Below are positions 1 through 12,550 of a DNA stretch of 64,000 nt, one piece after another. The position numbers were made by a program, and so were the translations under genes. Positions within the stretch are counted from its first letter, which is position 1. Every line of letters begins with the position of its first letter. The stretch comes from Leucoraja erinacea (taxonomy: Eukaryota). The DNA lies in contig NC_073416.1 in the NCBI RefSeq assembly GCF_028641065.1, forward strand, positions 6,696,001-6,760,000, in the 5' to 3' direction. The notes under the pieces were generated by a model that was not told the DNA's origin, ran no database searches, and worked only from the letters and a program-made list of their open reading frames with translations.

Positions 1-680
1 CCACAGCACTGGTCAAGAGAGCCCAGCAGCGACTACACCCTCTCCGAAGACTACGTAAAGCAGGCCTCCCCACTGCACACCTACGAACTTTTTATAAGGG
101 GACAATCGAGAGCACATTAACCTACACACTTCCTGGTTCAGGAGCTGCAAGGCGCACAAACGGCACCAACTAGACAGGATTGTGAAGACGGCCAGCAGGA
201 TTATTGGTGCTCCACTCCCATTCCTGCTGGACATATACAGGAAGAGATGTATCAGCAGAGCCATCTCCATCATCAAAGACCCCTACCACCCATCGCATCA
301 CATATTCTCCATCCTGCCATCTGGGAAGAGGTACAGGAGCATTAGCTGCAAAACCAGCAGGATGCTCCTCAGCTTCTTCCCGCAGGCTATAAGACTGCTA
401 AACGGATTTTGCCCCCTGCCAAAGTATCGCGCACCAACCACCAACCTGGACACACTGCAGCAGAGCCACTGTCGTGCTGCTGCCGATCGGAATGCCTGTT
501 GATGTTTAGTAGAGTGTAGAGTGTTTAATTTGTTCATGATATATGTATTTTTATTTCTATTTATTTTTACTGCACACTGAATGGACACTGGTTGAGCAAC
601 ATTTTTTTGTTTCCTCTGGGTATGTGAGTACTCAGGAAAATGACAATAACGATATACAATACAATACAATACAATACAAT
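1..680 (+). mobile_element. 3' end of a Rex1/Babar-like LINE, truncated by the window edge, with (ATACA)n tail
   Basis: ORF 182-502 (IIKDPYHPSHHIFSILPSGKRYRSI...FFPQAIRLLN) resembles the C-terminus of Rex/Babar RT ORFs; 3'UTR ends in GACAATAA followed by ATACA repeats at about 652-680. Confidence 0.7.
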
Positions 681-947
681 GTTATCACTCTTCATTACAC
701 AGTTGCAGCAAAACAGAGTGAGACACCATCCCACAAAGGAGCGAAGGAAGATCAAAGTGTAGGTGTCCTACTTGGACTCATACATTTACAATAGCATTGG
801 CAGATGATCAGCAACAGGTCCTTTTTGCCAAAGACAACAACGGGGTGACTGCAAAAAAGATAATGGAAATAAACACTGCACAAGGTTTTCAGTTTTTCCT
901 GATAAAGGCACATTTATCCATTTCTGTTTTGGAACAGAAACTGAAAT

Positions 948-965
948 CACCTGTAGATTTTCTCA
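948..965 (+). promoter_or_regulatory. Putative PTF1 (PTF1A/RBPJL) bipartite site: E-box CACCTG plus TC-box TTTCTCA
   Basis: CACCTG-TAGAT-TTTCTCA about 140 bp upstream of the TATA box; same architecture as the acinar A-element of mammalian elastase genes. Confidence 0.65.
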
Positions 966-1101
966 TACTATCAATTCTGGCAGCCCCAAATAATGTCCAA
1001 TGCTTATATTTTACTGTTAAATATCAACATTGTGATTTTATCAGTTACGAAATGAGCTGAAAGTCTATCCAGTTTACGGCAAGTGTCTGATATAATCTGT
1101 G

Positions 1102-1107
1102 TATAAA
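1102..1107 (+). promoter_or_regulatory. TATA box of the elastase gene
   Basis: TATAAA 50 bp upstream of the ATG at 1152. Confidence 0.75.
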
Positions 1108-1151
1108 TGCTGGGCCATGCAGTCAAAAGGTTCTACAATACACCTGCCACG

Positions 1152-1191
1152 ATGTTGCGACTGTTGGTTTTAGCAAGCCTTGCCCTGCTTG
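1152..1191 (+). CDS. CELA1: Chymotrypsin-like elastase 1-like, exon 1 (signal peptide)
   Basis: GCCACGATG then MLRLLVLASLALL(G), donor GTAAGT. Model: join(1152-1191,2901-2968,3184-3281,5471-5596,10000-10136,11716-11861,12551-12700,14923-14940) = 783 nt, 260 aa. Confidence 0.88.
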
Positions 1192-1840
1192 GTAAGTACA
1201 GCTTCAATTAGTTTGACTACAAAAAGAGTATTTTCTAATGCAGAAAAAGCTTTAGTTGTTACTGACCAGAAAATTAAATGCCAGGCAGTTGCTATTTCAA
1301 ATCAAATGAGTATTGTGAAGAATAAAGTTTACTAAGGAGCTGTTGAACCAGATTTAAACTTTACGTAATTGACATCAAAGACAGCAGTCCTGGGAAAATT
1401 AGAAGGTTCCATCTCCAGGTGACAATCTAGAATGCCCCATACCCAGCAGCAAATGCAGAAGGTCCTAGCTCTAGCAGAAAATCGAGAAGGTCCCATCTCC
1501 AGTCCTGCCTCCACTTGTGATATCAGATTGGAAACTCGTGAACACAAGAACTGCTCAACCTCATTCCAAGAGAAACAGCAATGTATCATAGAACCAGAGC
1601 AACTGAATCCTGTCGAATTTTCCACCATTCCTGGTACCTTACGATTCCAAATGTATCAAAAGTATTGCAGGTTTATGTAATCAGCCTATATATCGTTGTC
1701 GACGGAAACAAGTTCACAATGCTAAACTGTATGGTGAGTAAAATTGGTCAATTCACTCAGAGCACAAGAATGGGTAATAAAGAAGACAAAAAATTTGCTT
1801 TTTGAGGCTTGAGATAGGGTGATTAACATGTAGGCTTAAG

Positions 1841-1969
1841 TCTGAAGAAGGGTCTCGAGCTGAAACATCACCCATTCCTTCTATCCAGAGATGCTGCCTG
1901 TCCCGCTGAAATACTCCAGCATTTTGAGTCTATCTTCAGTTTAAACCAGCATCTGCAATTCCTTCCTAC
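1841..1969 (+). mobile_element. Short Penelope-derived element with hammerhead-like head and 15-bp TSD
   Basis: Starts TCTGAAGAAGGGTCTCGAGCTGAAACATC; flanked by ACATGTAGGCTTAAG (1826-1840) and ACATGTAGACTTAAG (1970-1984). Confidence 0.7.
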
Positions 1970-2379
1970 ACATGTAGACTTAAGTTTTGGGATCACACAA
2001 AACTCCCATCATTCTATTCATGATCCCCACCCTATAAATATCCCAGCGGTCAGCGTCCTGACACTGAAGGATGGCTAATTATTTGTACTTAGTTTCTTTC
2101 ATTTGACTGTTTGGCGCAGCCAATTTTCCTAGGACTAGATAAACCGTTTTTAGTGCTGTTGCCTTGTTGTGCATATTATATTGCAGGAGCAGGACATGGT
2201 GATGATGGTTCAATTGAGTGAAAAGCACATTTATTTACATAAAGGGTAATCAAACATGGAATGAACATGAACAAATTGCATGCTACATTCAAGAGACCTT
2301 AGGGTCTTCTGTAATGGATGAACTTGGGATAAATTATCTTCTTCATCTACATTTATCTTATAAACTTGTAACTAGATAA

Positions 2380-2700
2380 GGGCGGCACGATGACACAGCA
2401 GTAGAATTACTGCCTTGCAGCGCTCGCGGCTCCGGAGACCTGGGTTCGTTCCTGACTTTGGGTGCTGTTTGTACGGAATTTGTACGTTCTACCTGTGACC
2501 CCGTGCATTTTCTCCGAGATCTTCGGTTTCCTCCCACACTCCAAAGACGCACATGTTTGTAGGTTAATTGGCTTGTTATAAATGTAAAATTGTCCCTAGT
2601 GTGTGTAGGATAGTGTTGATACACAGGGATTGCTGGTCAGTGTAGACTCGTTGGGCCGAAGGGCCTGCTTCCGCACGGTTTCTCTAAACTAAACTAAACT
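2380..2700 (+). mobile_element. tRNA-derived SINE (V-SINE/HE1-like) with (CTAAA)n tail
   Basis: A-box-like head, B-box-like GGGTTCG, V-domain-like GGAATTTGTACGTTCT, CR1-like 3' end; similar to copies at 3356 and 5046. Confidence 0.75.
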
Positions 2701-2900
2701 CATAAATAAGACAAATTGAACAGTTCTACAGGTTAACAATTTGACCTGGCCTGCTCTGGGACCTATTGAAAATTGAATTCTCACATTATTGATGGAATTC
2801 AGTGCCTTTTACAGACTTCCCAAATACATGAATTGAATTTTAAGATAGCAAACGTCAGTAAAGATGTAATGAAAACATTTCATTTTCTCAATGTATACAG

Positions 2901-2968
2901 GGCTCTGTTCAGAAAACAATCGAGTCATTGGAGGGACTGAGGCAAATCGCCATGCGTGGCCATGGCAG
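2901..2968 (+). CDS. CELA1: Elastase exon 2 (activation peptide and mature N-terminus VIGG)
   Basis: atacag|GG LCSENNR-VIGGTEANRHAWPWQ|gtgaga. Confidence 0.92.
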
Positions 2969-3183
2969 GTGAGAAAGATAAAACATTACCTCAACAACAA
3001 CAACAAAATCATAGGCGCTCTGTAAACTCCGATAGAATGAAAATACTTGTATTAATAAGTCTCCATCACTTTTCTGTTTTCTGCCAACTTTTCTAGCCAC
3101 ATTTTCTGCATTAATATGAAGCTCTGTTTTTTAAAATATGATTTTAACACATGCCTGTCCAATCTTTTTTTTTCCTTGACCAG

Positions 3184-3281
3184 ATTTCTCTTCAAGGATG
3201 GGCTGGTTACTGGTACCACTCCTGTGGAGGGACTTTAATTCGTAACAGATGGGTGCTGACTGCTGCTCACTGTGTGGACAG
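3184..3281 (+). CDS. CELA1: Elastase exon 3 (catalytic His57)
   Basis: [32 protein letters not shown]; cag acceptor, gtgaat donor. Confidence 0.95.
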
Positions 3282-3355
3282 GTGAATGATTTTGATTGGT
3301 ACTATTTGTCATTTATAACCTATTCGCTGAGATCAGCCTGAGCCTCTGCAGGTGG

Positions 3356-3630
3356 AGTAGTTTAGTTAAGTTTAGTTTAGAGATACAGAGTGGAAACAGG
3401 CCTTTTGGCCCACCCAGTCTGCGCCAACCATTAATCATCCATGCACTAGTTCTAGTTTGACACGCTAGGAACAATTTACACACCAATTAACCTACAAACC
3501 TGCATGTCTTTGGAATGTGGGAGGTAGCCGGAGCACATTCAAACTCCGTACAGACAGCACCCATAGTCAGGATAGAACCCAAGTCTCTGGTGCTGTAAGG
3601 CAGCAACTCTACCGCTGCACCTCTGTGCTG
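3356..3630 (-). mobile_element. tRNA-derived SINE, antisense copy
   Basis: Reverse complement of the 2380/5046 SINE with (TTTAG)n at the left end. Confidence 0.7.
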
Positions 3631-5045
3631 GTAAAATCTAAAAGAGCAACATAACCCAAAACTCCTTGAAACATTTATTAAGGCTGATTATGTGCAAGCA
3701 CTAGAAATAAAATAAGATATAGTAAAACTCTGTTCCTTTGGCACGCTTAGAGCTCCTGTGAATTTCAAGGGAGCACAGAAAACGTCACCAGTGAGCTGGA
3801 TCCAAACCATCGGGATTTCCAAATAATGGGATAGCAGATTATCTATGTTTTTCAGTATTGCAGAAAACTACGAAAAGTGATGTTATAAACTACTGTATCA
3901 GACCATGCACTAATCTGATTTATGTACTCCAACAACCTTATGCAGCTTTAACTCTTGACTGTAACTGTAATTTCAATTCATATATTCTTTCCAGCTCCGA
4001 CTCTCAACACAACTCACTCTGGTGATCACTCAAGCTCTTGTGCATGTGTGAGCTGTGCAAAACTAATTTCACTGTGCAGTGCATACGTGACAATAAAGAA
4101 CCATTGAACCATAGGCATTTGGTTCCTGAGTACAGCTGATCAGCCGTCCAGTTTTTTCGCAAACCGCCCTTTAACTTTAACACACGCACCTCTCACCCAG
4201 CTAATCAATTAGAGGTGTCTGTTCCTTTGCACAGAAGTGATGAGTCCTGTTCACAGTTGTCTTGTGAGTTAACCAGACTTATCCTGAACCCTCCATATTT
4301 TATAGTGCAAAAAATCACAACTGCACTAATTTGATCAATACACACTTAACATGATTTTGTGGTGCCATCAGTATCTTAATGTTGCGTGTTTGCTGTGAGT
4401 CTGTGAAATGTTTTTTTTTCTATCCTGTGTCAGTAAATAAGTCTACTAAATTTTCAGAGGAAGGCAATCCACTACATTCTGTGAAAATATTCCCAACCTT
4501 TTCCACCTTTGTGATTTTGAAATCTGTGTTTGTGTCTTTTTCCGAAGTATTTGGTTCTTCCCATTTTTCTCCCTTTCTCCAGATCGTTGTCTTTCCAATC
4601 TATTCATTCGGAATACTTCATAAGGCAATTCGACTGAGATTCATTTATTCCACACACAGATACTCCCTGACCAAAAACTAAATTCCAACAAGGGATCTGT
4701 GCACTGGGGAAGAGTATATGATTTTCAATAGTCTACACCATAAAACAACAACTTTTACTTGCCATCTCTAACAAAGTTTTAATCAACAAAGCCTGTCAAC
4801 AAGAATTACTGCAAATTAAGACCCATGCCTATTCTTCATTGAAAAGTAGTTCTCAATTGTTGCAGCAACAACATCAAATAATTTGCACACCAATTGACAT
4901 CACTGATTTACACCCAGCAATTCTATACAATAGCACATTAAATGCATGAAAGACTATCATAGAATTTACTATTGCATCCTTTGGGAAATACCATTATATT
5001 TGACAATTGATTTTCTTTTAAACCAACCTCACTGTATATAAAACA

Positions 5046-5370
5046 GGGCGGCACAGTGGGGCAGCGGTAGAGTTGCTGTCTTACATCGCTTGCAGCACCG
5101 GGGACCCAGGTTCGATCCCGGCTGTTGGTGCTGTCTGTACGGAATTTGTACGTTCTCCCTGTGACCTGCATGGATTTTCTCCAAGATCTTCAGTTTCCTC
5201 CCAAATTCGAAAGACGTACATGTTTGTAGGTTAATTGGGTTGGTGTAAGTGTAAATTGTCCGTAGTGTGTGTAGGATAGTGTTAATGTGGGGGGATAATT
5301 AGTCTGTGGGGACACGGTGGGCTGAAGGGCCTGTTTCCGTGCTGTATCTCTAAAGTAAATTAAACTAATA
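5046..5370 (+). mobile_element. tRNA-derived SINE
   Basis: GGGCGGCACAGTGGGGCAGCGGTAG...GGTTCGATCCC pol III A/B boxes; same family as 2380. Confidence 0.78.
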
Positions 5371-5470
5371 AAATGTAGGGCATTTCTTTGCTGAAGCCAC
5401 CTTCCCACACATCTATCTACCCTTGCCAATCCCCTTTGGTTAAAGTGACATCATTTTTTTTCACTTACAG

Positions 5471-5596
5471 TGCAGGTATAACACGCCGTGTCGTGGTGGG
5501 TGATCACAACATTTATGAGGATGATAAAAGCGAACAGTACATTTACGTACAACATATCATCATCCATGAAGATTGGAATGGGGATCTTGCACTTGG
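5471..5596 (+). CDS. CELA1: Elastase exon 4
   Basis: (S)AGITRRVVVGDHNIYEDDKSEQYIYVQHIIIHEDWNGDLAL(G); phase 2-2. Confidence 0.92.
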
Positions 5597-5849
5597 GTAT
5601 GTAACAATATAATATTTTGGACCAATGCATATTGTGTTGACATCAAAGTTATTTTGAATAACTTTTGAATTTTGAATAACTAGTCTATTACAGCCGCTAC
5701 TTGAATCACAATCTCATAAAAGCACCATTGATGTGGAATCACCAATGACTCATGGATAACTTTGTGTAGCAAAAAAAGATATATGCCCGCACATCGATTG
5801 TTCAGTGTGCGTCTGTGTGTGAGAGGGAGACACTCATCTCCTACACAGA

Positions 5850-6497
5850 TCTTTCACCAAAGCATTTGAGAAGATGAGTGTTACATTCAACATCCAAAAG
5901 ATAAAGGTCTTCTACTAATCTACCTCACCACACCATGTCAACAACCTGGAAAACATGCACCGCTTCCCATGTCTAAGGAGCCACCTCTCAGAAAAGGCAG
6001 ACATTCATATGAAATACACCACTGCCTTCAATGAACCAGGACAAACGTTGGTCAATTGAGGAAAAGGAGTATTTGAAGGTCAAGATGTCATCACTCACAT
6101 GTTCATCCCCACACTTCCAGAATAGACACTATTCTGAGCTCTGTCATGGACAAAGGAAAAGATGCAAGGATGTGCTCAAAGCCATCGTGAAGAAATGCAA
6201 CATCCCCAATGACTCCTGTGAATCACTGTCCCAAGACCACTCAAGTGTAGAAGAATTATACAGGATGGGATTGAGAATCTTGAGTTCTTGCATCAAGAAC
6301 ACATGGAGGTCCTGTGGAAATGACCAATAAAGCAGACCCCCTCATGAACTAACCATCCACCCACCCCATCAGCCACCACCTGCCCCATCTGTGGAAGAGT
6401 CTGCCGTTCCTACATTGGTCTCATAAACCAGCTCAGACCAACAAGTGGTCGTACATTATCCTTGATCCCATGGAGATGCCTCAGAACAAGAAGAAGA
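5850..6497 (+). mobile_element. Degraded RTE/BovB-like LINE 3' end
   Basis: Fragments GQRKRCKDVLKAIVKKCNIPNDSCESLSQD and a CPICGRVC zinc-finger-like stretch, ending in AAGAAGAAGA. Confidence 0.65.
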
Positions 6498-6523
6498 TGC
6501 TGACACATGATCATATATATGAG

Positions 6524-9500
6524 CTATGAGGGCTGATTCCATGCTAAGAAGCTCCTAAGTAACAATGCTACAGATTTTTGGAAGGAAGTGAGAGCTCTTA
6601 GCAGTTGCAAAACATCTCTACCATGTACTGTAGATGGAATCTCCAGAACAGCTAATATCGCGGAGTTATGGCGACAACATTACAGCACTTTATTCAGCTG
6701 TGTCCAAGGTGACTTGTATAGGGTGGACAATACTGAGAGTAATGACTCGATGGTGATTATGTCACATGAGGTGTATCATGCCATGAACAAGCTGTCCAAC
6801 AACAAAGCAAGTGGCTTGGATCATATCTCTGCTGAACATCTTAAGTATGCGAGTATGAGGATAGCTCCTCTCCTGCTATTTGTTTTACTGGCTTTATGAT
6901 TCATGGCTTGTTACCAGACTCAATGTTGTCTGTCCTGTTAGTGCCGGTCATTAAGGCCAAAGCTGGTAAAGTAGGCAGCCTAAATAATTACAGGCCCATA
7001 GCTTTAGCCAGCATATTGTCAAAAGTTTTAGAAAGAATTCTGCTGGATAAAATAAATGAGTTTGTTAACTCCACAGATAACCAGTTTGGCTTTAAAGCTA
7101 AACATGGCACTGACTTATGCATATATGCCCTAAAGGAGATTGTAAACAAATATAGAGGCAAAACTCTTCAGTCCTTATGTGCTTTATTGATGCTTCCAAA
7201 GCCTTTGACCGTGTTAATCACAGAAAGCTGTTTGGTAAAATGAGTCAAAGAGGGGTGCCTGAATACATTGTTAGAATTCTGGCCTACTGGTATGCCCACC
7301 AGACTATGCAAATAAAATGGGGCAATAGGCTCTCAGCCCCATTTGGGGTTAGCAATGGTGTTAGACAAGGGGGAATTTTGTCCCCAGTCCTTTTTAATCT
7401 ATATATTGATGATCTGTCTAAACAATTGAAAGCCTGTAAGGTGCGTGATTGGTAATATTTTAGTGAACCATATTATGTATGCAGATGATCTTGTGGTCTT
7501 TAGTCCATCTAGCACTGGTTTCCAGCAGCTCCTTACTATATGTTCCGTGTATGGTGTGGAACATGACATTAAATATAATGCTAGTAAGAGTGCTGTTATG
7601 ATCTGTGGAACCAAAGAGGATAAATGGCTAAAATATCCTGTTTTTAAATTGTCTGACAATAATCTCAGTGTCTGTAATAAGATAAAATATCTAGGGCATA
7701 TTATTACAGAACAAATGACAGATGATGAGGATATTTATAGGCAACGACGCATGCTGTATGTATAGGCGAATATTCTCTTGCATAAATTTGGTGCGTGTGC
7801 AGATGTGGTTAAGATGTCGCTATTTAGAGCATACTGCACACCACTCTACACTGCGCACCTGTGGTCGAACTATTTAAAGACAAGTATGCAGAGACTAAGA
7901 ATATGATTTATTGGTTGGATAGTTCTACACAACAGACAGAATGGATAAAAATGGAGAAGGAGGATTGTCATCCTTGTAATATAGGAACGATCCTCTTTTC
8001 CCCCAAAAAACTGAATAACACAATATATAAGAAGAACCCAATTATATATGGTACAATAAGAATTTGGAAACAAATAAAATTATCTTTAAAATTAAGAAAT
8101 CTATCACTGTTAATGCCAATTGCGAATAACCCTTTATTTAAACCATCTCTTATTGATAAGACATATAACCAATGGGAAAGTCTCGGAATTAGAAGGATCA
8201 GGGATATGTACGAAACAGGAAACCTACTATCATTCCAACAACTACAATTAAAATTTAAATTGAAAAACAACCAATATTTTAAATATCTTCAGATTTGCGA
8301 CTTTGTGAAAAAATATATACAAGGATATCAAAAAGTAACTCCTGACTTATTGGAAGAAGCAATGAATGAATTGAAGCTGACTCACAAAAATTAATATCCT
8401 ATTTATATAATAGTATTCTAAATATAGACCTACCATCGACAGAGGTACTTAGAGAAGAGTGGGAACGGGAATTAATGATAAAAATTACGAAGGTTAAATG
8501 GGAAAAATACCTGATATATATTCACAAATGTTCAATTAATGTAAGACATAATCTAATACAATTTAAAATTGTACATAGATTATATTATTCAAAAACAAGA
8601 TTGAACAAATTTTATCCAAATATATCCGCCACTTGTGATAAATGTCTAGCCCAAAAGGCAACTATAACACACTCCTTAGTTTCCTGCATAAAACTTTATA
8701 GATTTTGGAATGATATTTTTGAAATACTTACAAAATTATTCAAGACAAGAATGGAACCTAATACTGAAATGATTATATTTGGTGTAATGGAAGATGGGAA
8801 TAAATTGAACACATCTCAAAATCTATTCCTTAATTATGGTTTAATAATAGCAAAAAAATTAATACTTAAATTTTGGAAGGGTACATCAATACCAACGCTT
8901 AAAATGTGGATTGCAAGTATGTTGGACACCGCTCATCTTGAGGAAATGCGATTCCTCCTAATGGATAAATCAGACCAATTCATAACGAGTTGGTCTCCAT
9001 TCGTCGTTTTTTTGGAATCATATGGTGCAACACAATTGTAAAAAATAACTGTTTCAGGACTGGACGAGGGTTGGTCAAGACTATAAATAATGATCTCCTT
9101 TTCTTTTCACTATTTTCTCTCTCAACTTTCTTCATTTACTCGTTTTCTTTCTTCACACACTATATATTTCACATTTTTCTATCCTTTACTATCTAACCTC
9201 TTTTTCTTATTCTCATCTTTTTTCAATGTAACAAAAAAAAAAGAAGTTGTACATAAAATGTATTATGAAAATATATATTAGGCACTTTGGTGCCATATGA
9301 CTGTGCTTACTTCTAATAAAATAAAATATAAAAAAAAAAAAAAAAGACAAGTATGCAGAGACTAAAGGTGGCATATAACGATGCCATGAGAACACTGCTA
9401 AGGCAACCTAGATGGTGTAGTGCCATTAATATGTTTGTGGCTGCAGGAGTCAGTACTTTAGAAGCTATCCTAAGACACCACATGTATAAATTCATTTGCA

Positions 9501-9815
9501 GAATAAATGACTCTAAAAATGTGATTATTGTGGCCTTGTCAAACATAAGGGTCAGCACTACACGCTACGAATCCCAGCTGTGGAGACACTGGTATCGTTG
9601 TCTCGTTGTAGGACATTGATCATCTTTTAATCTGGATTTTTAACTTATGTATTGTGTTTTGTTTTGTTTTTAATATAAATTATGATGTTTTTATAAGTGA
9701 TATACCAAGATTTTATATGTATTTATGATATTTGATATGCAATGCATTTTTAATGTAATGTTGCCCCTTGTCTGGACCTTGAGTCTGTAATAAAGTTGAT
9801 TATTATTATTATTAT
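6524..9815 (+). mobile_element. 5'-truncated non-LTR retrotransposon (RT domain; RTE-X/Proto2-like, clade uncertain), interrupted by an L1
   Basis: Frameshifted RT motifs NYRPIAL, QFGF, FIDASKAFD, GVRQGGILSP, YADD, KYLG; reading resumes at 9346 after the insert; AATAAA plus (TTA)n tail; candidate TSD TATATGAG at 6516-6523 and 9816-9823. Confidence 0.85.
7899..9342 (+). mobile_element. 5'-truncated L1-clade LINE (ORF2 C-terminus, poly-A tail) nested in another LINE
   Basis: ORFs 7861-8394 and 8475-9041 (QFKIVHRLYYS..CDKC..H..C zinc knuckle); AATAAA plus A-tail; TSD AAAGACAAGTATGCAGAGACTAA at 7876-7898 and 9343-9365. Confidence 0.88.
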
Positions 9816-9999
9816 TATATGAGGTAACAGAGGGGACTACAGTTTGAAGGACAGTGTTTAAGAGAGGATGGGTGAACAACAAGGAAAGAACCTAAAACTG
9901 AATGTAATCCTAATTGTAGGCACTCGCCTTACCATGCATTTGCAACACGAGTTAAAAATAAACAAAAAGACACTAATGCTGCAAATCCATTTTTAATAG

Positions 10000-10136
10000 G
10001 AATGATATTGCGCTGCTTTACCTGGAGCAGGATGTTGTCCTGAACCAATTTGTCCAGCTTGGAAATTTGCCCGATGCAGGTGTTACCTTACCAAATGGCT
10101 ATCTATGTTACGTCACTGGCTGGGGCTACACTAAAA
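10000..10136 (+). CDS. CELA1: Elastase exon 5 (catalytic Asp102)
   Basis: NDIALLYLEQDVVLNQFVQLGNLPDAGVTLPNGYLCYVTGWGYTK; tag acceptor, gtaagt donor. Confidence 0.95.
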
Positions 10137-10509
10137 GTAAGTAATATCAGAATCATGTGCATTTGTGCATCTCTTTCCTACTCATAAATGAGTGGTTGAT
10201 GGTTGGCTCAATGGCTCCAACATAAATAATGACCAGGATTTTCATCTTCACCACAATATGTAATCTGATCATGGCAAGGATTTCTGACGTTGTGTTCTTT
10301 TGCTTTTTTCAGAAGGGCTAAAGCAGCCTCTACTAGGGAGTTAGCCTGGAGGGAGTCACAGAGACTGGGCAGGAAAGGTCATAGAGTAGTATGAAGTGGT
10401 CAACAACTTTGTACCATTCTCTCTGCAAATAACATCACCATGGACTTTGCTACTTAAAATATTACAGGGCCTTTATTTTCTTATGGTGACACACAATCAG
10501 TTATCTCTC

Positions 10510-11270
10510 ATGTCCAGCATTGCTATAGCAAATGGAGTACTGATGCCGCCAAAGCAGAGATGGTTGAAAACTTCAAATTTCTAGGAGTAAATATATCACC
10601 AGCAAAATGTCCTAGACCACGCATATTGAAGCAATGTCCAAGAAAGAACACTAATGCCTCGACTTCCTAAGAAGGCTTAGGAAGTTTGGCATGTTCCAAC
10701 AACTCTCCCCAACTTCTACAGATGCATTGTAGAAAACATTTTATCGGGATGCATCACAATATGCTCTATTGAAGACCGTAAGAAATTGTAGAGAATTCTG
10801 GACGCAGCCCAGATCATCACACAAACCCACCTCCCTTCCATTGACTCCATTTACACCTCACGCTGCTCGGCAAGGCCACCAACATAATCAAGGACGAGTT
10901 GCATGCTGGCCACTCCCTATTCTCTCCTCTCCATCAGGCAAGAGGTATAGAAGTGTGAAAATGTACACTAGATTCAGGAACTGTTTCTTCCCAGCTATTA
11001 TCAGGCAACTAAACCATTCTACCATCAACTAGACAGCAGTCCTGAGCCACTATCTAACTCATTAGAGACCCTTGGAATATATTTGATCGGACTTTACTGG
11101 ACTTTATCTTGCACTAAATGTTATTCACATTATTCCCTTTATCATGTCTCTCTACACTGTGGATGGCTTGATTGTAATCATGTATTGTCTTTCTGCTGAC
11201 TGGTTAGCATGCAACAAAAACTTTTCACTGTACCTCATACATGTGACAATAGACTAAACTCAACTAAACT
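10510..11270 (+). mobile_element. Degraded Rex/Babar-like LINE 3' fragment
   Basis: FKFLGV..., PSGKRYRSVK..TRFRNCFFPAIIRQLN; tail GTGACAATA plus CTAAA repeats. Confidence 0.7.
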
Positions 11271-11715
11271 GCAAATTGCTTCACATGTGTTGGAAGTGGA
11301 AGCGACAGTGGGATAACATAGAACTTGTGTAAACGGGTGATCAATGGTCAGCGTGGACTCAATGGGTCGAAGGGTGGTATGTCCAAAGTAAACTAATTAA
11401 TAAAGCGACAGTCCTTATTTTCACTTCTATGTTTTTGTAAAATCTAGCTATATATTTTTCATCTTGTTTTAAGGAATTTGTGGTTTCTCAAGTTTAAAGT
11501 AAGTGTGCTTGTTTAGGCACATGCCTAAAGTAAACCAGACTGATCCCCCAGGGCTATAATTTTCTTCAAGCTCCTTGCCATGTAATGGTCAAATGGATGG
11601 CTTCAGACAAAAAGGCAATATGGTGCTGGATTACCATCTAAAATATCATGTGGAATATAATAATAACGAATGACAAAAATGCAATAGCAATACAGAATTT
11701 CTTCTCTTGATGCAG

Positions 11716-11861
11716 ACAATGGATACATTAGTCCTACTCTTCAACAAGCTCCTATCAAGGTTGTTTCCTATGAAGTATGCTCACAGCCTGACTGGTGGAC
11801 CTACTATGTCAACACAAATATGGTGTGTGCTGGAGGTGACGGCATCACTTCTGGTTGTCAG
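11716..11861 (+). CDS. CELA1: Elastase exon 6
   Basis: [48 protein letters not shown]|gtaata. Confidence 0.95.
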
Positions 11862-12550
11862 GTAATAAACTTAGTTACTCGCTTTCAATGAAAGGACATT
11901 GCAGCAATTCCCAAAGTTTAGACACCACTTACACCTCTATCTTTTATTAACTTCAACTGGCTCCCTTATCAAGTATTCCATGAGCTCCCTCTCATTTTTA
12001 CTGACACAAACTTCACAATTGTTTCTCCAAAGTGCTCAACATAGTTCAGTAGTCACATAAACTGTCTCAGAATATCGTAGGTTCCAATTGCACTCCAGAG
12101 ACTTGAACATTTAATCAGGGTTGGTACCCTGTGCTGCTCAGAAGGAGTGCCATACTCTTGGAGGTATCATCTTTCTGCTAAACCATAAGAATGAGGCTTT
12201 GTCTGGCTTAGTGGATGGACATAAAAGATCACTTGACTATTTTGAAAAGGAGCAGGGGAATTCTCCCCAGTGTACTGCAACTTGTTCATTGTTTTCTCTG
12301 TTGTCCTTCTCTTGCTGTCAGCAATTTCTTGCTGACATATCAGTCCTTCTTACTTCACTTCCATTATCTTTTGCAAATATTTCTCTTCATTTTCCCCAAT
12401 ACAATTTATTTTTGCTTTCTCTGTTCCTTCCCATTCCTTTTCCTTTATTTGTATTGCTCTTGATTTCAATTACCTTTTAAAATGTAATCATATATTTTAT
12501 AAACCAGTCTGAGAAATTGAAAATAATGGTTTCACCAACTTTCCTCAAAG

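Noticed and set aside
5046-5125. tRNA gene-like A/B boxes
   Set aside because: They are SINE heads continuing into the SINE body and tail; no complete cloverleaf
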